Shown one piece after another: positions 19,076 to 29,169 of a DNA stretch of 64,000 nt. The position numbers were made by a program, and so were the translations under genes. The notes beneath the pieces were generated by a model. It did no database searches. It saw only the letters and a list, made by a program, of their open reading frames with translations, and had not been told where the DNA came from. This DNA comes from Spirochaetia bacterium. GTDB lineage: Bacteria > Spirochaetota > Spirochaetia > DSM-2461. Location: the NCBI GenBank assembly GCA_963668315.1, contig OY764216.1:800001-864000 (forward strand), given 5' to 3'. The stretch's first letter is position 1. Every line of letters begins with the position of its first letter.

Positions 19076-20367
19076 CGCGCGCCGTTCCCTTTCTGCTCGC
19101 CCTGCTGTTGACCTCTTTTGTTTACAGCCAGTCCTCCGATGATCTTCTGGATGCCGCCGATTCGCTGGATTCCCTCTTTGACGACCCCGTGGCGGAAGAA
19201 ACGGATAGAGAGGATAATCCGCAGGTGAGCGAACCGATGGGGGAGAGTTCCGTTCTGGAGGATCTGTTGGACCGGAAAACCCTGGATGTTAAGGGAAACT
19301 TCACCCTGACCGGCGGGTATACCCCCGGTTTTGACGGGATGCCTCCAAGCCCGGGGAATTTTAACGACAGCCTGATCCTGGAACTGAATTCCCAGTTGAT
19401 CCTGGATTTTCATCTGTCCCGGGAGTTCCGTTTTTATCAGAAATGGGTTCTGGAAGCGCCGGATTTTATTCTGGATCCGTCGGAGGTTTTTGCCGATTAT
19501 CACCCCAACGACACGCTTTTCCTCAGAGCGGGGCGGTTTAATGTGACTTGGGGGGAATCGCGTAACTTCTCCCATACCAACCTGGTCGCCCGCCTGCCTG
19601 ATATGGCGATAGGCGAATCGTTCGGAGGTAAAGACATTCTGGCCCTTCGCCTGACTATCCCCTGGAAAACCGGTTCCGTGGAGGCCCTCTCCCTGGCAAG
19701 GGACGGATTCTGGAAGAGCGAATCGAGTACGCCCGGTGTTCAGGATTTCGGCTGGGGGCTGCGCATCAATCCGCCTCTGCCCTTCGCAGACGCCACTCTG
19801 TCGGTTTTCGCCCATCCCCAGCTGAACCTCCGTTCCGCCGCCAGCGTGAAAACGACCCTCTTTGACTCAATTGAAGCCTATGGTGAGTTTCTGGTGACCG
19901 TGGATAAGAGTTTGTACTATGGCAGTTATAACCCGGATAAAACCACCGCCGACGGCAAGCCGGACAATCCCATCGATTATTCCCTCAACGGCGGTTTGTA
20001 CCGGGATTTTCTGGATAGCCGCCTCTCTCTGGGAGGGGAGTATTTCTTCAACGGGGAAGAGTCGGAACTGACTCTGGCCAGCGGTACATGGGCTCTCTTT
20101 TATGGCCACAACCTGGCGCTCTACGCCCGGTGGAAACAAAATGACTGGGACCTTTCCCTCTACGGCCGGTATAACCACTATTACCGGAGCGGGATTCTCG
20201 GGCCCGGTTTCAACTGGTACTTTGCCGACGGGGCGAAACTTCAGCTGGGCGGCGCCTGGTCCTGGGGTGCCGATGGTTACGGAGGAACGAACCCCGATGA
20301 CTGGAACAGGGATGCTCTGATGTTTATCAGACTGGTTATAAACGGTTCCTGGGATGCAAGCCTGTGA
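19072..20367 (+). CDS. Putative outer-membrane beta-barrel protein with acidic N-terminal extension
   Basis: Signal peptide; E.F.D......LRAGR....WG motif; Gly/aromatic-rich strands; overlaps both neighbours by 4 bp. Confidence 0.55.
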   Translation: MTRAVPFLLALLLTSFVYSQSSDDLLDAADSLDSLFDDPVAEETDREDNPQVSEPMGESSVLEDLLDRKTLDVKGNFTLTGGYTPGFDGMPPSPGNFNDSLILELNSQLILDFHLSREFRFYQKWVLEAPDFILDPSEVFADYHPNDTLFLRAGRFNVTWGESRNFSHTNLVARLPDMAIGESFGGKDILALRLTIPWKTGSVEALSLARDGFWKSESSTPGVQDFGWGLRINPPLPFADATLSVFAHPQLNLRSAASVKTTLFDSIEAYGEFLVTVDKSLYYGSYNPDKTTADGKPDNPIDYSLNGGLYRDFLDSRLSLGGEYFFNGEESELTLASGTWALFYGHNLALYARWKQNDWDLSLYGRYNHYYRSGILGPGFNWYFADGAKLQLGGAWSWGADGYGGTNPDDWNRDALMFIRLVINGSWDASL

Positions 20368-21254
20368 CCGGTGTGACCGCCGTCATCGTCACCTTCAATA
20401 ACAGAGATTTAGTCCTTCAACAGCTGGAACGGCTGCTGAAGCGCGAGAGAGAAGGGTTCCGCATCATTCTTGTGGATAACGGCTCCTCCGACGGGACAGC
20501 CGAAGGGGTGGAATCCCGCTGGGGCCGCGATAGAAGAGTCCGCCTGGTTCGGCAGGAGAAGAACCGGGGCGGCGCGGGAGGTTTCCGGCGGGGCGTGGAA
20601 GAGGCCCTGAAGGGGAAAAACGACCTTTTCTGGCTTCTCGATGACGATGCCGTTCCCCGGGAGGACGCCCTGGATGAGCTCTTGAAGGCGGCCGGATCGA
20701 TTAAGGGGCCCTGGGGCGCCCTGGCTTCGCTCATCGCCCAGCAGGAAAATCCGGACAGGGTTACCGAAGCGGGCGGGGAAATCCGCTGGCTGAGGGGTAA
20801 ACTCAAGGCGAATCATCAGAATGAACCGGTCTCCTCGATCCATCCCGAGCCGGTAAAGGTCGGCCATGGGGCGGCGGCTTCCCTGCTTATCCGCCGGGAG
20901 GTTGTGGAAAAATACGGCTTCTTTGAGGATATCTTTATCCATTTCGACGATGTGGAGTGGTGCTGCCGGATCGCCCGCCGCGGTTTTCCCGTCTATGCCG
21001 TTGCCCGATCCGTCGTCTACCATCCCTTCAAGAAAGGTTCGGCTCCGGGATGGATCCGCTATTACGACGCCCGCAATATTCTCCTCGTGTACCGCCGCAA
21101 CAAACCGCTTCTTCTTCCCGTTCCCCTCATCCGTTTTTGTCTGATGGCTCTGGTTTTTCTTTTAAGAGGGGAGAAGGAAACGGCCCGGTTCATAATTATG
21201 GGACAGAGGGATTTTTTCAAAAAACGTATCAGAATGAGGGACGAGCTGACTTGA
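20364..21254 (+). CDS. Glycosyltransferase family 2 (galactofuranosyl/rhamnosyl-transferase-like)
   Basis: VIVTFN, VDNGSSDG, N.GGAGGF, WLLDDDA, FDDVEW..R, YY.ARN. Confidence 0.85.
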   Translation: MTGVTAVIVTFNNRDLVLQQLERLLKREREGFRIILVDNGSSDGTAEGVESRWGRDRRVRLVRQEKNRGGAGGFRRGVEEALKGKNDLFWLLDDDAVPREDALDELLKAAGSIKGPWGALASLIAQQENPDRVTEAGGEIRWLRGKLKANHQNEPVSSIHPEPVKVGHGAAASLLIRREVVEKYGFFEDIFIHFDDVEWCCRIARRGFPVYAVARSVVYHPFKKGSAPGWIRYYDARNILLVYRRNKPLLLPVPLIRFCLMALVFLLRGEKETARFIIMGQRDFFKKRIRMRDELT

Positions 21255-21277
21255 TACCGTCGAAGTTCTCTCGGGGG

Positions 21278-22411
21278 TTATTCAACCTCCAGGTTGGGAA
21301 ACTTGAGGGTGAATCGGGCTCCTCCCCATTCGGATGTATCGACCCGTATCTCCCCGCCGAGGTGTTTCATTATCTGATAGGACACATTCAGGCCCAGGCC
21401 GGTTCCTTTTCCCGCGGCTTTCGTTGTGAAAAAGGGGTCGAATATTTTGGATCTGTTCTCCTCTGTTATTCCCGGACCGTTATCTCCTATTGAGCAGTAG
21501 ATCCAGGAAGGATCCTTTTCGAATCCGATTTTGATAATACCCCCCTCTGCCGGTATGGCGTGTCGGGCATTATTAAGTAGGTTGAGCAATATCTGATGCA
21601 GCTTTTCCTCCGTTCCGGAAACGGGGGGAATGGCCCGGGACTCCCAGATGATTTCCGGGTTTTTACGGGAGCTGTGGCCGGATGCTGTCAGTGCTCCTTT
21701 GACACACTTTTTCAGGTCAACCGGTTTGTTGGCAGCGAGGGTATCCATGCGGGAGAGCCCTCTTATGTTGCTGACGATTTCGTGAATGCGGAGAATCCCT
21801 TCCCGATTATCCTTTATCAGTTCCCTCGTGTCATTCATGATACGGATGATCTGCTCATGGTTTTCCGGCTTGAGATGATCGGGCACTGCTTCGGCATAGA
21901 GTGAGACCGTTTGCTCTATTTGCTCAAGATACTCTTCCAGAGTTTGGAAATTACTCTTTATGAAACTTATGGGATTGTTGATTTCATGGGCGATTCCGGC
22001 GGCCATCAAACCCAGGGCCGAAAGCTTTTCATCCCGGGCCATCATCTCTTTCTGGGTTTCTATCGTTTTGATCATTTTGTCGATGGAAAGGGCGAGGGAG
22101 CCTATTTCATCCCTACCGATCAAGGGCAGGGAAAAGCCGCTCTGGTTTGCATTATAGAGTCTGGTAGACTTTTCCAGATGTTCCAAAGGCTTGATAATTC
22201 TCCTCCGGGAAAAGACGAGGAGGAACGTAAAGAAGAGGACTACCATCACGGCGAGGAAAGAGCTGTAGAAGGAAAGAAAAATTTCTATCCGACCCGGAAC
22301 GTGGTGTAGAGATTTCAGAAGATGGAGCAAGTAAGAGAGTGAAATGAGAAGACTCAGAATCACCGCCAGGAGAAAAGAGAAGAAAAGCAGGCTTTTTTTG
22401 CGGATGGTCAT
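21278..22411 (-). CDS. HAMP-domain sensor histidine kinase
   Basis: 2 [38 protein letters not shown]. Confidence 0.9.
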   Translation of the reverse strand: MTIRKKSLLFFSFLLAVILSLLISLSYLLHLLKSLHHVPGRIEIFLSFYSSFLAVMVVLFFTFLLVFSRRRIIKPLEHLEKSTRLYNANQSGFSLPLIGRDEIGSLALSIDKMIKTIETQKEMMARDEKLSALGLMAAGIAHEINNPISFIKSNFQTLEEYLEQIEQTVSLYAEAVPDHLKPENHEQIIRIMNDTRELIKDNREGILRIHEIVSNIRGLSRMDTLAANKPVDLKKCVKGALTASGHSSRKNPEIIWESRAIPPVSGTEEKLHQILLNLLNNARHAIPAEGGIIKIGFEKDPSWIYCSIGDNGPGITEENRSKIFDPFFTTKAAGKGTGLGLNVSYQIMKHLGGEIRVDTSEWGGARFTLKFPNLEVE

Positions 22412-23547
22412 AGATTCATCTCAAGGGAAATCAGAGTCATATCATCTTTTATCTCTTCGTTTGTCTGAAGCCTTTTTATATCTTCCATCACCGCCGACAC
22501 GAAATAGGGATTATCCTTGTAAAACAGGAATATCTCCTTAAGCCGGGAAATCCCTCCGTCCAGTTCGGAAAGACCGTCGGTATAGAGAACGATCCGATCC
22601 TTGTCCCTCAGAGATAGGCGGCTGTCCGAATAGGCGATGTCCGTGAGAAATCCCATGGCCGTTCCCTGCGATTCCATTTCGAGCAGTTTCCCGTCTCTTA
22701 TGATGAGGGGAGGCATGTGGCCCCCGTTGCTCACGGTCATCGTTCTGTCTCTCAGGTTCATATGGCAGAGACAGAAACTGATGAAAAGGGGTTGGATGCT
22801 GCTTATGACCTGAGAGACCCGGTGGTTCAGATAGGCCATGATGCGGCTGAGGGAGACGTCAGTGTTCAATAATCGGGAAAAAGTCGCTTCATTCGTAATT
22901 GTCTTAAGGATGAAGGTGATGAAAGCCGCCTTGATACCGTGGCCCGAAACATCGCCTATCGCGATAAGGTAGTTGTCTTCGTTGATTCTGATAAGGTCGT
23001 AGTAATCGCCGCCGCAGGAGAGCTGAGGTTTGTAATTGACCGAAAAGCTGAACCGGTCATCCTTCTCGAAGCGAGGGGCCAGAAATTTTTCCTGAGTCAG
23101 GCCTCCGCCGATAAATTCAACCCGGAGCTGCTCGGCAGACGTGCGGTAGGCATTTTCATTTTTATAGCGGTGAAAGGCTTTCCGAACTTCCCTTTCCAGA
23201 TCATCTCTGTTCCAGGGCTTGAGGATGAAGGAGAAAATCCCGGTGCGGATGGTATTAATGATATCATCCGTGTCGGTGTAGGCCGTAAGCAGTATGGGCA
23301 CAATGCGGTCATTGATCTCTTTTGCTTTGCCGATGAAGTCGCACCCTTTGAGTTCGGCCATTCTCTGATCGGAAATCAGTACGGCTGTTTTTTCGGGATA
23401 CTCTTTAATGTAAGAAAGAGCGACAAGGGGATTGGTGAAAGATTTGATCTCCAGGGAAATCTCATCGGCCAGATTAGACAGTTCTCTCTCCAGAGCCCTG
23501 AGAATCGGCTTTTCATCATCCACCAAGAGAATGGCGGGCGTATTCAT
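22408..23547 (-). CDS. Response regulator receiver fused to PP2C/SpoIIE phosphatase (RsbU-like)
   Basis: LLVDDE, SDQRM, KPW; GGDYYD, GDVSGHG, YTDGLSE, DDMT; SD AGGAG before ATG 23547. Confidence 0.9.
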   Translation of the reverse strand: MNTPAILLVDDEKPILRALERELSNLADEISLEIKSFTNPLVALSYIKEYPEKTAVLISDQRMAELKGCDFIGKAKEINDRIVPILLTAYTDTDDIINTIRTGIFSFILKPWNRDDLEREVRKAFHRYKNENAYRTSAEQLRVEFIGGGLTQEKFLAPRFEKDDRFSFSVNYKPQLSCGGDYYDLIRINEDNYLIAIGDVSGHGIKAAFITFILKTITNEATFSRLLNTDVSLSRIMAYLNHRVSQVISSIQPLFISFCLCHMNLRDRTMTVSNGGHMPPLIIRDGKLLEMESQGTAMGFLTDIAYSDSRLSLRDKDRIVLYTDGLSELDGGISRLKEIFLFYKDNPYFVSAVMEDIKRLQTNEEIKDDMTLISLEMNL

Positions 23548-23775
23548 AATAGCTCCTGTTTTGTTTTTACATCTTTTTATAATAGTATACAGGACATAAT
23601 TTAGCATAAAAAACATAAATCATCAAATTTTATTGTGAACGGTTTGTGAAAGAGCCAATTACAAGGCGGGAAATCCTTCAGATGAATAAGACAGGGATCG
23701 AATTTGAAGAAATAGCCCGAGTGCTGTATAATAGGCTCCTATGTCGTTATATCTCCCGATTGAATGTGGTAAGCC

Positions 23776-25251
23776 ATGGAATTGATGAAACAGCACGGCC
23801 GCTTCCAGGTGGAAGTGAAGCACCACTATCCTCTGGATCTGGGCAGGAATAATCAGTTTGCCCTGGATCTCTATCTGCTCTCCCCCTATAGCCTGGATAT
23901 ACAGGAGAATACCTATCCCCGGGGCGAGATTCTGGCCGACACCCATATCTATACCCGTTATTCCATTTACAATACGACCTTGGAGGAGATCCTCTACCGG
24001 GAGAATATCCGCAGTCCCCTGATCCGGCTGGAATCGATACTGAAAGGAAATTCCGAAGTAACGGAGGATCAGAAACAGCGGGTTCTCTACGAGTTTCGGG
24101 TTCTGGCCAACACCTTCCTGGATGTGATGGATGAAAGGGAAAAGTATTTCAAATCCCTCATTTTTCAGAAAGACCCTTCGATCAACATTAAGGAGAGGGT
24201 GATCTATTTTTACGGGTTGATGGAGGAGTTCCTGACCCGCTTCCGGACATTGACGAAGACAAAGGATGACAGCCGCTACGATAAGACGATAGAGAATGCC
24301 TACTCCCTGGCCGATGAGATCATCAGTCTGTCCATTGAGAGAATTCTCTCCCCCCTCCTGAATTATTTCAACGATGCCGAAGGAGCCACCGGTAAGAAGC
24401 GGATAAGAAAACTGCTTCAGAGCGAGTCGGAATACCGGCGCGATATGGATTATGCCTATATCGATATGAATAATGTCACAGAGAAGGACAAGGAGAGACT
24501 GGCCTTTCGTGAGGGGATTCTGAAAAAATGGGCCCATTCGGTGAATTATATGGACAAAAAGAGCTCTTCCCTGAATGCCAATACGGGCCATCTGCTGGCG
24601 GCAATCGCGGCGGCGGTGGCCATGACTTTTGCCGTTCTGGCCACCCTGTACGCCAACCGCTTTTTCGTTTCCTACAGCCTGCCCTGGATCGCCATAGCCA
24701 TTTTGTCCTACTCCCTTAAGGACCGGATCAAAGAGGGACTTCGGGCGATATTCAAGAAGCTGATACCTGTCATGATTTCGGATAAAACGGATAATCTTTA
24801 TGATAACCTGATCAACCATCCTGTGGGCCGGGCGCGTCTGACCGTGGAGCATCTTAGAAAAAAGGAGCTTCCCGAGTATCTGCTGGATGCCTTCAGGGAG
24901 AAAGAGGACGCCCTGCGTTCCATTCTCCCTCCGGAAAATGTTATTCATATCCGAAGAAAGGTGACAATACGGGGGAAGCGCTTAAGGCCCCTTCATGTCA
25001 GACTGTCCTCCATAACCGAGGTTTTCCGAATGAATCTGTTCCGTTTCACCCGGAATATGGATGATCCGGAGAAAACTCTCTGGTTTCTGAATCAGAACGA
25101 TCCGGTCCCCGTGGAAAGTTCCCGTGTGTACCGTCTTCAGTTCGCCATTGCCGTGACGAAGGAGAAGGAGGAACCGCTGTGGTTCTTCTACAATGTGATT
25201 ATGAGACAGGACGGGATTCTTCGTGTCGAGCCGATGAAAGGACTTGGTTGA
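23776..25251 (+). CDS. Hypothetical protein with two central TM helices
   Basis: 491-aa ORF with host-like codon usage; hydrophobic hairpin LLAAIAAAVAMTFAVLA / LPWIAIAILSY. Confidence 0.7.
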   Translation: MELMKQHGRFQVEVKHHYPLDLGRNNQFALDLYLLSPYSLDIQENTYPRGEILADTHIYTRYSIYNTTLEEILYRENIRSPLIRLESILKGNSEVTEDQKQRVLYEFRVLANTFLDVMDEREKYFKSLIFQKDPSINIKERVIYFYGLMEEFLTRFRTLTKTKDDSRYDKTIENAYSLADEIISLSIERILSPLLNYFNDAEGATGKKRIRKLLQSESEYRRDMDYAYIDMNNVTEKDKERLAFREGILKKWAHSVNYMDKKSSSLNANTGHLLAAIAAAVAMTFAVLATLYANRFFVSYSLPWIAIAILSYSLKDRIKEGLRAIFKKLIPVMISDKTDNLYDNLINHPVGRARLTVEHLRKKELPEYLLDAFREKEDALRSILPPENVIHIRRKVTIRGKRLRPLHVRLSSITEVFRMNLFRFTRNMDDPEKTLWFLNQNDPVPVESSRVYRLQFAIAVTKEKEEPLWFFYNVIMRQDGILRVEPMKGLG

Positions 25252-27184
25252 TTGAGTCGATAAGTTCTTCTTTACGGAAGGGCTTCTGGACAAATCCCGA
25301 GAGGCCTTCCTGTTCCAGCTGATACAGATCCTGGTCTTTGGTGAATCCGGAAGTAAGAATGACGGGACAGGAGGGATTAATCTGCCTGATCTTTCTGAAA
25401 AATTCCCGGCCGTTCATCTCGGGCATGATCATATCGGTGATAACGAGCTGTATGGAATCGGGATCCCGGGAGTATTTTTCCAGGCCCTCCCTTCCGTTTT
25501 CCGCCAGGATAACATCGAAGCCCATCATTTCCAGGATGGGTTTTCCCGTTTTTCTGATGATTTCCTCATCGTCGACCAGGAGGATCCTGCCGGGATTTCC
25601 CTTTGTTATTTCCGGTACCGGTTTGGTCTGCTCCGGGGAAGAGCCGGTCCGCTGTTCATCGGTGCAGAGGGGAAGGTAGATATGGAAGACCGTCCCCTTG
25701 CCCGGTTCGCTGTACACCGTAATGGCTCCCTTGTGGTCCTGTATCGTTCCGTAGACCATGGCGAGCCCCAGTCCCGTGCCTTTGCCCAGTTCCTTTGATG
25801 TGTAGAAGGGCTCGAAAATCTTCGAAATGTATTCCGGTTCGATGCCGATTCCCGTATCTCTGACAATCAGTTCTATATAGGGACCCGGTTCTATCTCGAA
25901 GGAACTGTAGCGGCAATAATTCTCATCAAGTACCACGTTGCGGGTTTCCAGGGTAAGATCGCCTCCGTCGGGCATGGCATGGGCCGCGTTGATGCTTAAG
26001 TTCATAAGGCAGTTCTGAAGGGAGGCTCCGTTCCCCGAGAAAAAGTAATTCTGCGCGTTTTCCTCGAGAATCACGTTGATTCTTTTATCCAGCGTCCGGT
26101 CAAGGAGTAGGACGGTATCGTGGATGACTCCGTGAAGATCAACCACCGTTGTGCTTATGTTTCTTTTGCGTCCGAAGGCAAGAAGCTTCCCCGTCAGTTC
26201 GGCCGCCCTGTCCGCCGTGTCCAGTATCATTTTAACGAAATCCCGGTTCTGCCCCTTTATGGCTTCATCCTGCTCCAGAAGCTGGGCGGCTCCGGAAATT
26301 CCGGCCAGCATGTTGTTGAAGTCGTGGGCCACTCCGCCGGCCAGCTGGCCGATGGCGTCCATTTTCCTGGCCTGTATGAGCTGTTCCTCCATCTTCGTTT
26401 TTTCGTTCATTTCATGGTTAAGATCTTCGATTTTCTCTTTGATGGACTGCTGCATGGATCTTACGCTGTGGGAGAGAAGACTGACTTCGTCCCGGCCCCG
26501 GGCCCTGACAATCTGGTTAAGCTCTCCCTGGGCGATTTTGCCCGTAATGGCCGTTAACTCTATTATGGGGGCGGTGATGCTGTAGGAGATAAGGATCAGA
26601 AGAGGAATGATAAAGGCGGAAAAAAGGATCATGGTCAGCATCTGAACCTTCAGGAAATTGTTGATGTCCTGATATTTCTCCTTCAGGGGGACGCAGAAAA
26701 CCACAATCCAGTCCCAGGGTTCGAAGGTTTCGAAAATATACCACTTCTCAACACCCCTGTAGGTCAGGTAAACATCGGAGGCCGCTGTTTCGCGGATATG
26801 CCGGATCTCCTCCAGGGATTCAAGAGAGGTTTCGCCACGGGAAAGATCGGGATGAAGGATCACCGAGAGATCTCTGTCCAGTATGAATGGGTAGACCCCC
26901 GTGTCCTTTCTGCCGTAATAGGTCCGGCTGAGGTTCTGGAGGAAACTTTCCTGGAAATCGTCGACATAGACTTCACGGGAGCCGGTTTTCTCCAGCCTTT
27001 CCTCGGCCCTTTCCATCTCTTTGATGATAATGTTTATTTTCTCTTCGTACAGATTTATCTGACTGGAGTTTATAATGCGGGTCAGCTGGATACGGGAGAT
27101 CAGGAACGTGGACGTATTGAGAATGAGTAACGTTCCCACGGTAAGCAGGATAAGCTTGGTTTTTATCGAATGCAGAAAATTCAT
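25199..27184 (-). CDS. Hybrid sensor kinase (Cache-HAMP-HisKA-HATPase-REC)
   Basis: YPFILD....I.HP, WDWIV, AHDFNNML, GTGLGL, LVDDE, TDMIMP, QKPF; ATG 27184 overlaps upstream stop. Confidence 0.9.
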   Translation of the reverse strand: MNFLHSIKTKLILLTVGTLLILNTSTFLISRIQLTRIINSSQINLYEEKINIIIKEMERAEERLEKTGSREVYVDDFQESFLQNLSRTYYGRKDTGVYPFILDRDLSVILHPDLSRGETSLESLEEIRHIRETAASDVYLTYRGVEKWYIFETFEPWDWIVVFCVPLKEKYQDINNFLKVQMLTMILFSAFIIPLLILISYSITAPIIELTAITGKIAQGELNQIVRARGRDEVSLLSHSVRSMQQSIKEKIEDLNHEMNEKTKMEEQLIQARKMDAIGQLAGGVAHDFNNMLAGISGAAQLLEQDEAIKGQNRDFVKMILDTADRAAELTGKLLAFGRKRNISTTVVDLHGVIHDTVLLLDRTLDKRINVILEENAQNYFFSGNGASLQNCLMNLSINAAHAMPDGGDLTLETRNVVLDENYCRYSSFEIEPGPYIELIVRDTGIGIEPEYISKIFEPFYTSKELGKGTGLGLAMVYGTIQDHKGAITVYSEPGKGTVFHIYLPLCTDEQRTGSSPEQTKPVPEITKGNPGRILLVDDEEIIRKTGKPILEMMGFDVILAENGREGLEKYSRDPDSIQLVITDMIMPEMNGREFFRKIRQINPSCPVILTSGFTKDQDLYQLEQEGLSGFVQKPFRKEELIDSINQVLSSARHEESRPVS

Positions 27185-29127
27185 TGTTCCAGTTGCTCCA
27201 TCGGCCATAATTGCGCTTCCTTGATGATTTCCAAGGGTATTTTATAATCAAGAAATTCGGCCATTTCGGTGTTGATGACCAGGCGGGAACCGCTATTCTG
27301 TGCCTGGGGAATCTCTTTCACGGCCTTGCCCTTAAGAACGTCAACCGCCGTTTTTCCCAGCCACCATCCCTGCTCTTCCGGTGTCTTCATATTACCCATG
27401 AGGGCCAGCCGGATATTGGTGTCAATCGTCGTTCCGACCGGGATGGAGGTGTTCTCCCGGATAAAGGTGAGCGCTTCCTCTTCATTCCAGTCTTTCATTC
27501 CCACCGGATTGTAAAAAATCAGCATATCCACGGCTTCCTGCATTTTCAGGTACTCTTTCTTCCATTGGGCGAAATCCGGGGTAAAGGAGACCCTTTCCAG
27601 GGATAACTCCCCTTTGGCCGTCAGGTTGTCATAGATGGCATGGTTGAAGGGTTCTTCCTGAAAAAGAAGGCCCAGCCTGTCCCCTCCCGCCAGCTGTCTC
27701 AGGTTGGACACCGATTCGGCCAGCGGATCGACTTCCGCCATTCCCGTGATCCAGGGAGAAGGCGGGGGGGGAGGGCCGTTAAGCCCGCAGTATATTATGG
27801 GTAATTTTTCCCCGGTGAGATAGGGGATCACCAGGTTATTGATAAATCTGTCATCGCTTCCCAGAATGATATCGGGCTCCCAGGCGAGAATCTCTTCGTA
27901 GGCTTCCCCGGCTCTCCTGTTTAATATTTCCTCGGATATCTGTGCCTTGCCATTCAGGCGGAAGATTTTCAAATCGTAAAAAAGATCCGACTGGTTAAGG
28001 GCTTTGATCATGGTTTCCTCTATATAATCGCTCCACTCATATCCCTGGTGGTAGGAATTGACATAGTATATTTTTTTGTTCTCCTCCGGGGTATTGATCA
28101 TATGGGATTTCTCGATGAGGTCCAGGGGAAACTGAATGCCCAGCTTACTCGCCAGGAGCATATTGGTATAGTAGGCCCCTTTTCTGTTATGCGCCACTTC
28201 TATATCGGAAGGGGCTGTTCCCATGGCTATTCTGAGGGCGGCTTCCGCGGCCCACTCCCCCTGTTCCTCGGGACTGTTCGTTATGGAAACGAGTACATGG
28301 GGAGCCATAACGTTGTCCCAGCCTCCCGTGGGGATCCGTGTGTTATCCATCATAAAGCGGTGGAGCTTCCTGTCGTCCTCGTCCCAATCGGCATAGGAGG
28401 ACGGATAACCGGCCAGAATCATATCCGATTCCTTCTGCAGTTTGAGGTATTCCTCCTGCCACATTTGGTAACTATTCACCAGCACGGCTTTGAACGGGTA
28501 GGAAAGGGTCTTTTCCAGATAGGTTATTTCCTGACGGCTGGTCGTGTCGTCGGATCTCAGGTAGGTGATCTCCTTTCCCTCCGCGTAGGGAAGAAGGGCT
28601 TCCACCAGATCAAAAATCTGATGGACGGATACGATGCCGGTGATGTTTTCTGCGGGGAAGCCATAGGGTTCTATATTCCAATTAATACCGCAGAAAACAA
28701 AGGGGAGCCTGTCATTGATGTAGTAGGGCGCGATCAGATATTTTGAAGCATTATCGTCGCTGGCAATAACGACATCGGGCTTCCAGGAATCGATGACATC
28801 CCTGGCCTCTTCTACGGCCTGCGCCAGATAATCGGGAGAGTGATCGACCAGGGTATTCATGTGGTGGACCCTGAGATGTACGGGACTCTCCGGGAGAGCC
28901 ACTTCCCCTTCCTGGATCCAGGGAAGGTTATAGAAGGAGAAGATCCCCTTCATGATGCCCCGGGACCAGAAATAATCAGGATGATAGGAATCGATATAAA
29001 GAATTTTCAGTTTGTCGGTAAAATCCTGTTTTTCATAACTTTGCCGCGGCTTGTCTTCGGGAGTATCCTTCAGGCAGGATTGAGTCAGGAATATCATAAT
29101 AAGAAGAATGATGGTCCTTTTACCCAT
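27181..29127 (-). CDS. Lipoprotein with two tandem ABC substrate-binding-like (periplasmic sensor) domains
   Basis: LTQSC lipobox; IDSYHPDYFWS / VNSYHQGYEWS, PD...SDD, CG.N, EEQG.W each present twice. Confidence 0.75.
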   Translation of the reverse strand: MGKRTIILLIMIFLTQSCLKDTPEDKPRQSYEKQDFTDKLKILYIDSYHPDYFWSRGIMKGIFSFYNLPWIQEGEVALPESPVHLRVHHMNTLVDHSPDYLAQAVEEARDVIDSWKPDVVIASDDNASKYLIAPYYINDRLPFVFCGINWNIEPYGFPAENITGIVSVHQIFDLVEALLPYAEGKEITYLRSDDTTSRQEITYLEKTLSYPFKAVLVNSYQMWQEEYLKLQKESDMILAGYPSSYADWDEDDRKLHRFMMDNTRIPTGGWDNVMAPHVLVSITNSPEEQGEWAAEAALRIAMGTAPSDIEVAHNRKGAYYTNMLLASKLGIQFPLDLIEKSHMINTPEENKKIYYVNSYHQGYEWSDYIEETMIKALNQSDLFYDLKIFRLNGKAQISEEILNRRAGEAYEEILAWEPDIILGSDDRFINNLVIPYLTGEKLPIIYCGLNGPPPPPSPWITGMAEVDPLAESVSNLRQLAGGDRLGLLFQEEPFNHAIYDNLTAKGELSLERVSFTPDFAQWKKEYLKMQEAVDMLIFYNPVGMKDWNEEEALTFIRENTSIPVGTTIDTNIRLALMGNMKTPEEQGWWLGKTAVDVLKGKAVKEIPQAQNSGSRLVINTEMAEFLDYKIPLEIIKEAQLWPMEQLEQ

Positions 29128-29169
29128 TTTTAATCTCTATAATAATACTAGCGGTTAATTATGTTTTAT

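Noticed and set aside
23659..24948. 429-aa antisense ORF
   Set aside because: Shadow of the + strand gene; no recognisable motifs
27764..27771. G8 tract as a phase-variation site (also A8 near 6102, G7 near 15683)
   Set aside because: Short, in frame, and explained by Pro, Lys or Gly codons
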